Shown: positions 57,947 through 64,000 of the stretch, one piece after another
How positions within the stretch are numbered: position 1 is the stretch's first letter
Layout of the letters: every line of letters starts with the position of its first letter
Assembly: GCA_964570895.1 (NCBI GenBank)
Contig: CAZMZD010000006.1
Location: 11,447-75,446 of the forward strand
DNA from: an uncultured Gammaproteobacteria bacterium
Lineage (GTDB): Bacteria > Cyanobacteriota > Vampirovibrionia > Gastranaerophilales > Gastranaerophilaceae
Direction of reading: 5' to 3'
Length of the DNA stretch: 64,000 bases
Program-made: the position numbers and the translations under genes
The notes under the pieces: model-generated
Databases searched by the model: none
The model's input: the letters and a program-made list of their open reading frames with translations, nothing else
What the model was told of the DNA's origin: nothing

Positions 57947-58672
57947 ATGAAAAAATTAACAAAAAAACAACAAAAAATAAATGAGCTAATGGAAGGTTTT
58001 GAACAACCTACATCAGCTCTTGCAGCAATTGAAAAATTGCAAGAAGTTGCAAAAGAAGTTTCTAAATTTGATGAAACTCTTGAATGCCACTTCAGATTAG
58101 GTATTGAAGTTAAACACGCTGACCAACAAATCAGATCAACCACAGTGTTACCGGCCGGCCTTGGTAAAACTGTTAGAGTTTGCGTTGTTGCTAAAGGTGA
58201 AAAAGTACAACAAGCGCTTGACGCTGGCGCAGATTACGCAGGTTCTGAAGAAATTATCGACAAAATTCAAGGCGGTTGGTTTGAATTTGATACTTTAATC
58301 GCAACACCTGATATGATGGCTGCTCTTGGTAAAATCGGTAGAGTTTTGGGGCCTAAAGGCTTAATGCCTAACCCGAAAACAGGCACTGTTACTCCAAACG
58401 TAGCTCAAGCAGTTAAAGACGCTAAAGCAGGTAAAGTTGAATTCAGAGCAGACAAACAAGGTATGATTCACTGCCCATTCGGCAAAATCGGCTTTGCTAA
58501 AGAAGACTTAATGAAAAACTTTTCAACTTTGGCTGATGCTATTATCAAAGCAAAACCATCTGCTGCAAAAGGTACGTACATTAAATCTTTATATGTTGCA
58601 ACAACAATGGGGCCAGGGATTAAAATTGACTCTAAAAACGTTGCTTCTGAAATTAAAGAATATATTGGTTAA
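57947..58672 (+). CDS. rplA: 50S ribosomal protein L1
   Basis: 241 aa with [16 protein letters not shown] and [11 protein letters not shown]. Confidence 0.95.
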   Translation: MKKLTKKQQKINELMEGFEQPTSALAAIEKLQEVAKEVSKFDETLECHFRLGIEVKHADQQIRSTTVLPAGLGKTVRVCVVAKGEKVQQALDAGADYAGSEEIIDKIQGGWFEFDTLIATPDMMAALGKIGRVLGPKGLMPNPKTGTVTPNVAQAVKDAKAGKVEFRADKQGMIHCPFGKIGFAKEDLMKNFSTLADAIIKAKPSAAKGTYIKSLYVATTMGPGIKIDSKNVASEIKEYIG

Positions 58673-58691
58673 TTTATTAACTAAACAAAAA

Positions 58692-58721
58692 ATACCTCCT
58701 CAAAAAGGGGGTATTTTTTTA
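58692..58721 (+). terminator. Intrinsic terminator after rplA
   Basis: 8-bp stem atacctcc / gggggtat (one G-U), 7-nt loop, T7 tail. Confidence 0.75.
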
Positions 58722-58780
58722 TTTCTTTTTTAAAAATTGATTTTCCATGGTAAAATTTATAAGAAAATATTAGGTGAGAT

Positions 58781-59902
58781 ATGGGTCTTTTTTCATTTTA
58801 CAAATCAAATAAATTTTTTTCATTGTATCCTGATGGGATATTTATCATTTCGCACGAAGGCAAAATTTTAGATATAAACCCCAAAGGGCTTAAAATTTTA
58901 AATTGCGAAAAAAAAGATGTTAAAGGGAAGTTTTTTTCTAAGTTTATTGAAGGCGGAAGCGTTGTTTTGAACAATATCGTAAACAGCGATAAAACCGTGC
59001 AAGTTAAATCAATTTTAGATGGCGGAAAAGAAATTTATTTAGAACTTAGCGCAAGTCAAAAGAAAAAATCGGATAAAGTCTATGTTGCATTTCGCGAAGT
59101 GACTCAAAAATATCAAGAAAAAGCGAATTTAAAAGAAGGCTACAGCGAAATTGAAAGTCTTGTTTCAGATAAAAACAAATTTTTTGCAAATGTTTCAGAT
59201 GATATTTTAACTCCAATCACCTCAATTGAAGGCTTCGCAAAAGCGCTTTCAGAAGGGCTTGGCGGAGATTTAAACGAAAGACAACAAAAATATTCACAAA
59301 TTATTTTGAAAAATATTTCAGATTTAAATTATGGGCTTGGCAAAATTTTAAACTATTTTAAATTAGAGTCGAAATTAATTCGCTTTGAGCCAAGAAATTT
59401 TGACGCTGTAAATTTAATCACTCAAGAAGTTAAGCGCGGCGAAGAATTATACGAAAAAAAATCTTTGAAAATCAATTTTGAAGCTCGCCCTGTAATGTCG
59501 CGCCATTGCTTCCAAGACCCGACTATTATTCAAGAAATTATAAATGACATGTTAAACCTTGTTTGGCGCAAAACTGACGTCGGCGGAATTGATATAATTG
59601 TGAAAAACCCTGACGCTGAACTTTTAGAAAAAGTGGGGCTAGATAAAGAAGATGAAGAAAACATGAAAAAGTTTATCGCTATTGAATTTAGCGACTCTGC
59701 CCCTGTCATTTCATCTCACGAATTACAAGAGATTTATAACCCTTACGCAATCGAGCAAACAGACAAAAAAAGTGCGCTTGGAATTAGCTTTGTTTATCCG
59801 ACATTGTTAAAATATATTGAATACGTTGGCGGGAAAATGATTGTGGAACCGCAAAAAATCTGCGGAAACAAAACAACAATTTTATTCCCAACAAATTTTT
59901 AG
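58781..59902 (+). CDS. PAS plus histidine-kinase-like protein with degenerate catalytic motifs (pseudo-kinase?)
   Basis: 373 aa. The N-terminus is PAS-like (GIFIISHEGKILDINPKG). The H-box region reads FFANVSDDILTPITSIEGF, with Asp where the phospho-His is expected. The N/G1/G2 boxes of the ATPase domain are poorly recognisable. Confidence 0.55.
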   Translation: MGLFSFYKSNKFFSLYPDGIFIISHEGKILDINPKGLKILNCEKKDVKGKFFSKFIEGGSVVLNNIVNSDKTVQVKSILDGGKEIYLELSASQKKKSDKVYVAFREVTQKYQEKANLKEGYSEIESLVSDKNKFFANVSDDILTPITSIEGFAKALSEGLGGDLNERQQKYSQIILKNISDLNYGLGKILNYFKLESKLIRFEPRNFDAVNLITQEVKRGEELYEKKSLKINFEARPVMSRHCFQDPTIIQEIINDMLNLVWRKTDVGGIDIIVKNPDAELLEKVGLDKEDEENMKKFIAIEFSDSAPVISSHELQEIYNPYAIEQTDKKSALGISFVYPTLLKYIEYVGGKMIVEPQKICGNKTTILFPTNF

Positions 59903-59908
59903 GAAAAT

Positions 59909-60976
59909 ATGGCGAAAATCAAAATACAAAATATTTCAAAAAGATTTGAAGAAAAAGAAGTTTTAAAAGACATTTCTCTTGATATTAAAGACAAAGAGTT
60001 TTGCGTGCTAGTAGGGCCTTCAGGGTGCGGAAAATCCACCCTCCTCCGAATTATTTCAGGGCTTGAAGTTCAAGATACAGGGGACTTATATTTTGATGAC
60101 AAATTGATGAATAAAATTGAACCTAAAGATAGGGATATTGCGTTTGTTTTCCAAAGTTACGCGCTATATCCACACCTTACGGTTTATGAAAATATTGCGT
60201 TTAGTTTGAAAGTCAAAAAATATAAAAAAGATGAAATAGACAAAAAAGTTCGTGAAGCGTCTAAAATTTTAGGACTTGATGAACTTTTAGAGCGCAAACC
60301 TAAAGAATTATCCGGCGGACAAAGGCAAAGAGTGGCTCTCGGGCGCGCTATTGTGCGCGAACCAAAAGTTTTCTTAATGGATGAGCCTTTGAGTAATTTA
60401 GACGCAAAATTGCGTGTTCAAATGCGCTCAGAAATTAAAAAACTTCAAAAAAAACTTCAAGTAACTTGTGTTTATGTAACCCATGACCAAATCGAGGCTC
60501 TTAGCATGGGCGATAGGGTTGTTGTTTTAAACGAAGGAAAAATCCAGCAAATGGACACCCCGCAAAATGTGTATGAAAAGCCAAACAATGTCTTTACTGC
60601 AACTTTTATGGGCAACCTTGGGATGAATATATTAGAAACAGAAATGAATGACTCTGAAATATTTATTGAAGGGACAAGAATTGAAAAAGATTTTGATATA
60701 AGCGCGCTCAATGTTTCTAAAAACGAATTCCTGCTTGGCTTTAGGGCAGATGATGTTGAGTTTACAAAACCAAACGAAAGCTCAATAAAATTAGACGTAA
60801 CTGTGGATTTTGCAGAATCGCTCGGTTCATATAAAATCGCATACTTTGAAATTAATTCAAAAAAATGTTCGGCAAAAGCGCCAATTGACACTGAAATTGG
60901 ACAAAACACAAGTTTTTATGTGCCAATTTCTAAGCTTCATTTCTTCGATAAAGATACAAAACTTAGAATTTGCTAA
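59909..60976 (+). CDS. ABC transporter ATP-binding protein (MalK/UgpC/MsmX-like)
   Basis: 355 aa with Walker A GPSGCGKST, Q-loop, signature LSGGQRQRV, Walker B VFLMDEP, H-loop THD, and a C-terminal TOBE-like regulatory domain. No permease or binding-protein gene lies nearby. Confidence 0.9.
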   Translation: MAKIKIQNISKRFEEKEVLKDISLDIKDKEFCVLVGPSGCGKSTLLRIISGLEVQDTGDLYFDDKLMNKIEPKDRDIAFVFQSYALYPHLTVYENIAFSLKVKKYKKDEIDKKVREASKILGLDELLERKPKELSGGQRQRVALGRAIVREPKVFLMDEPLSNLDAKLRVQMRSEIKKLQKKLQVTCVYVTHDQIEALSMGDRVVVLNEGKIQQMDTPQNVYEKPNNVFTATFMGNLGMNILETEMNDSEIFIEGTRIEKDFDISALNVSKNEFLLGFRADDVEFTKPNESSIKLDVTVDFAESLGSYKIAYFEINSKKCSAKAPIDTEIGQNTSFYVPISKLHFFDKDTKLRIC

Positions 60977-61781
60977 AACCGCCTAACTCGCCCTGCAATT
61001 CAAAGGCTTCAGGCGGCGTAATTTCGTATGAATTATCGCCCAGATATTTAATGCGATAAACATATCTGTCGCTAAGTTCTTTATCGCCCGCTTTCCAATA
61101 TTTGTTAGGGCCTTTCACGCCGTTAATATCGACATAAACTGCGCATTTGTTCTTTTTGCAATCTCCGGCATTAAATGTAAGTATTATATCATCAGAATCA
61201 TAGCCGGACATTAATGCGGTGCGCCCTTTTATTGTTTTAAATTCTTTGCTGCCATCCACAAAAAAATTAGCCAATTCTTGAGAATTATAACTTGGCAATT
61301 CGCGCCCGCGCGCTGTTTTTGCATTATATTCATATTTCAATGTATTATAAACTTTTTCCATATTTATAAAACATTTAGACTCTGATGACGTTTTCAACAT
61401 AGGAAGAAACATTTTCGCCGCAAATGTTATGCCCAATATTACATAAAGTGCAATAATTGCAAAATAAGCAAATACCCATTTTTTTTGTCTTTTTTCAAAA
61501 TCTTCAATGCTTGCATATCTTTTCGCTTGCCATGCCCAAGCATTTCCTTTGGTTCCAATCCATATTGCTAACGCTAAACTAGCTAAAGGACCTATAACCG
61601 GCACAAAGCAAACAACAATGCAAAGAAGTGTAATAGGTTGTTTATGCGCAAGCCCCCAGATAAAAGTCCAAAGAAATGCGCCCCAATTGAATTTTGCTGC
61701 AATTTCTTCGGGAACAAAAGCCTCTTTCCCCATTCCGGACATATTATCTTCGACCGTATTATAACCAACATTGTTTTGCAT
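60963..61781 (-). CDS. Hypothetical membrane protein (DUF2628-like N-terminus, pilin-like C-terminal region)
   Basis: 272 aa. FNWGAFLWTFIWGLAHK resembles DUF2628-type membrane modules. The C-terminal CAVYVDINGVKGPNKYWKAGDKELSDRYVY recalls the globular domain of type IV pilin-like or pseudopilin proteins. Confidence 0.35.
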   Translation of the reverse strand: MQNNVGYNTVEDNMSGMGKEAFVPEEIAAKFNWGAFLWTFIWGLAHKQPITLLCIVVCFVPVIGPLASLALAIWIGTKGNAWAWQAKRYASIEDFEKRQKKWVFAYFAIIALYVILGITFAAKMFLPMLKTSSESKCFINMEKVYNTLKYEYNAKTARGRELPSYNSQELANFFVDGSKEFKTIKGRTALMSGYDSDDIILTFNAGDCKKNKCAVYVDINGVKGPNKYWKAGDKELSDRYVYRIKYLGDNSYEITPPEAFELQGELGGFSKF

Positions 61782-61885
61782 ATTTTGCTCCTAACACTAA
61801 GTACCTTTAGAGTACATATTTACGGGGCATTTGTCAACATGGAACTTTATCGAAGCCACTTTTTGCAATTTCAGACTTTAATTCA

Positions 61886-63286
61886 TTATTTTAAAAACAT
61901 CTTCAAGAAAAATGTTTTTAATTTTGTGTATGGCTGGTATCTTAAATTTAAATCAATAAAAGTCTTTTTATCGACTATACTTTTTTTGTGAGAGAAAGTA
62001 TCGAAACCATATTTGCCATGATACATCCCCATCCCGCTTTCGCCAACTCCGCCAAACGGCATATCAGAAGAAACAAGGTGCATTATAACATCGTTCACGC
62101 AGCCGCCGCCAAATTGGCATTCAGTTAAAATTTTATTAATAAGCGCTTTGTTTTCAGAGAAAATATAAAACGCAAGCGGTTTTTCACCGGAATTTATTTT
62201 TAATATAGTGTCATCAATCGTATCATAAGTTAAAATCGGAAGAATTGGACCAAAAATTTCTTCTTGCATAATTTTATCTTCACAAGTGACATTATCCATA
62301 ATTGTAGGCTCAATTTTTAGAACGTTTTCATCAAACCTTCCGCCATGTGCCACTTTTTCAAAATCGACCAATCCTAAAAGCCTTGAAAAATGCTTTTTAT
62401 TTATTATTTTCCCATAATCTTTGTTTTGAATAGGATTTTCGCCAAATTGCAGTTTTATTTGTTTTTTCAGCTCTTCAATAAGTTTTTCTTTAACCAATTT
62501 ATCGCAAAATATGTAATCCGGCGCAACACAAGTCTGCCCGCAATTTAAAAATTTACCAAAAACTATTCTTTTTGCGCTAAGCGCAATATTTGCCGTTTTC
62601 TCAACAATACACGGGCTTTTCCCGCCAAGCTCTAAAGTTACAGGAGTTATGTGTTTTGAGGCAGCCTCAAGCACTTTTTGCCCAACTGCTTTGCTCCCTG
62701 TAAAGAAAATATAATCAAATTTTTGCTCCAGCAAACAAGCATTTTCTTCTCTTCCGCCTTCAATCACTGCAACCTCGCGCTCGTCAAAAGTTTCAGAGAT
62801 AATTTTTTTAATTATTTTGCTTGTCGAAGGCGAATACGCACTTGGCTTCAAAACAACCGTGTTGCCGGCTGCAATCGCATCAACCAAAGGCTCTATCGCA
62901 AGCAAAAACGGGTAATTCCAAGGGCTGATGATAAGAACTGTGCCATAGGGAGATTTTTTGATAAAACTGTGCGCCACAAAGTTTGCAAGCCCTGTTTTCA
63001 CTGTTCTATCTTTCATATAGTTTTTAAGATTTTTTTGCATGTGAGAAATTTCAGACAAAGTTAAACTCACTTCTGCCAAAAAACCTTCGGTTGCGCTTTT
63101 CCCTAAATCTTCCTGAAGCGCATTTGTTATCAATTCTGAATTTTTTATAATGCTATTTTTTAATTTCGCAAGGGCACCTTTCCTGTGGCGCATTTGCTGC
63201 GTTTCGCCTGTTAAATAATAAGCCCTTTGTTTTTCTATAATGTTTTTTATTTCTTGTTCTTTCATGAAATTCTCCCATGACTTCAT
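61886..63286 (-). CDS. Aldehyde dehydrogenase (class 3-like)
   Basis: 466 aa with VVLKPS, FTGS..VG, ELGGKSPCIV and GQTCVAPDY. The start could also be the ATG at 63265. Confidence 0.9.
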   Translation of the reverse strand: MKSWENFMKEQEIKNIIEKQRAYYLTGETQQMRHRKGALAKLKNSIIKNSELITNALQEDLGKSATEGFLAEVSLTLSEISHMQKNLKNYMKDRTVKTGLANFVAHSFIKKSPYGTVLIISPWNYPFLLAIEPLVDAIAAGNTVVLKPSAYSPSTSKIIKKIISETFDEREVAVIEGGREENACLLEQKFDYIFFTGSKAVGQKVLEAASKHITPVTLELGGKSPCIVEKTANIALSAKRIVFGKFLNCGQTCVAPDYIFCDKLVKEKLIEELKKQIKLQFGENPIQNKDYGKIINKKHFSRLLGLVDFEKVAHGGRFDENVLKIEPTIMDNVTCEDKIMQEEIFGPILPILTYDTIDDTILKINSGEKPLAFYIFSENKALINKILTECQFGGGCVNDVIMHLVSSDMPFGGVGESGMGMYHGKYGFDTFSHKKSIVDKKTFIDLNLRYQPYTKLKTFFLKMFLK

Positions 63287-64000
63287 AGCAAAAATCTTCT
63301 AATTCAATATTATCCATCAAAACAGGAACAGGATAAAGCGGGTTAGCTTCGCTCGAGGCTAATTTTGCCAACTGCCCTATATCTTCTTCTTTAATTTCAG
63401 GCAAAAAGTCTTGAATATTCAAATCACGTTTTAATTTTTTTATTGCACTTAAAACTTTTTTTGCGCCTTGCTCGTATGTTTCAGAGCTTTCGCAGAGCCC
63501 TGCGAAAACGCCAATTTCATATAATTTTTTGTATATTTTTGCGCCATATTTTTTAAGCACCGGCAAGAAAAACACGGAATTTGTAAGCCCATGGGGGGTG
63601 CCATATTTCCCGCTTACCGCATGCGAAAGGGCGTGAACATAGCCGACATAAGAACGTGAAAACGCGTTGCCTGCAAGATATGAAGCGTAGAGCATATTTT
63701 TTCTTGCTTCTAAATTTTCAGGGTTATTATATGCCTCTTGCAGATTTTCAAAAATTAGCTTTGTTGCTTTTTTGGAATATTCGCGAGTTTCAGTATTTGT
63801 TGTGTTTCCAATATACGCTTCAAGTGCGTGAACCAAAGCGTCAAAACCCGTTGTTGCAGTTAAATGCTTTGGAAGTTTGACAGTAACTTTAGGGTCTAAG
63901 AGTGCATATTTTGGAATTATAAAAAAATCATTCATTGGGACTTTTTCTTTTGTTTCAGAATTTGTGATAACAGCCGTGAGTGTTGTTTCACTTCCTGTTC
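63153..64000 (-). CDS. Iron-containing alcohol dehydrogenase, C-terminal two thirds (5' end beyond the window)
   Basis: The reading frame is open to the right edge. My translation upstream of the track start is ..GTGSETTLTAVITNSETKEKVPMNDFF. Fe-ADH motifs are present: ATTGFDALVHALEAY, YVHALSHAVSGKYGTPHGLTNSV. The last ~45 codons overlap the ALDH start in another frame. Confidence 0.85.
   Translation of the reverse strand, partial: TGSETTLTAVITNSETKEKVPMNDFFIIPKYALLDPKVTVKLPKHLTATTGFDALVHALEAYIGNTTNTETREYSKKATKLIFENLQEAYNNPENLEARKNMLYASYLAGNAFSRSYVGYVHALSHAVSGKYGTPHGLTNSVFFLPVLKKYGAKIYKKLYEIGVFAGLCESSETYEQGAKKVLSAIKKLKRDLNIQDFLPEIKEEDIGQLAKLASSEANPLYPVPVLMDNIELEDFCYEVMGEFHERTRNKKHYRKTKGLLFNRRNAANAPQERCPCEIKK

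Overview
AT-rich (by eye) bacterial chromosomal window with about 60 protein genes, one tRNA and three repeat-filled intergenic regions. No rRNA, CRISPR array, transposase or integrase was seen.

Housekeeping blocks:
- thiC (partial) plus a class II aldolase; ispH-rpsA; pcrA; pgi-glmS; rubrerythrin.
- A detached tail of the ribosomal spc cluster (rpsE-rpmD-rplO-secY-adk-map).
- Malic enzyme, plsY, der; metX; hisS-ald-pyrF; plant/cyanobacterial-type gshA plus queH; smpB; proS.
- rpmG-tRNA-Trp-secE-nusG-rplK-rplA; an orphan ABC ATPase; ALDH plus a partial Fe-ADH.

Motility content:
- A motA-motB-fliL-fliN block, a canonical flagellin and a very divergent flagellin-domain paralogue.
- An HD-GYP protein and several sigma28 (FliA)-type promoter candidates.

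Main leads:
1. A translationally coupled Ski2/HelY-like DExH helicase plus an HNH nuclease with a long coiled coil (38020-43022). This architecture matches no helicase-nuclease system I know.
2. A short N-terminal motif shared by that pair and by a second coupled pair, an HExxH metallopeptidase plus a membrane protein (25969-27752).
3. A mosaic family of intergenic repeats at three loci, including GTAG-headed REP-like palindromes and a ~305-bp structured unit.
4. A sigma28-type promoter driving a ~70-nt terminated transcript with an exposed CCUCCUCCCC tract.
5. A recurring palindrome AAATGTWACATTT in motility and accessory promoter regions.

Taxonomy is inference only. A low-GC, flagellated, probably anaerobic lineage is suggested by rubrerythrin, Fe-ADH and nitroreductase. 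The plant/cyanobacterial-type gshA and DprA-like gene are compatible with a non-photosynthetic cyanobacterial relative, but I cannot verify this.

All product calls come from motif recognition by eye on the supplied translations. No database search was run.
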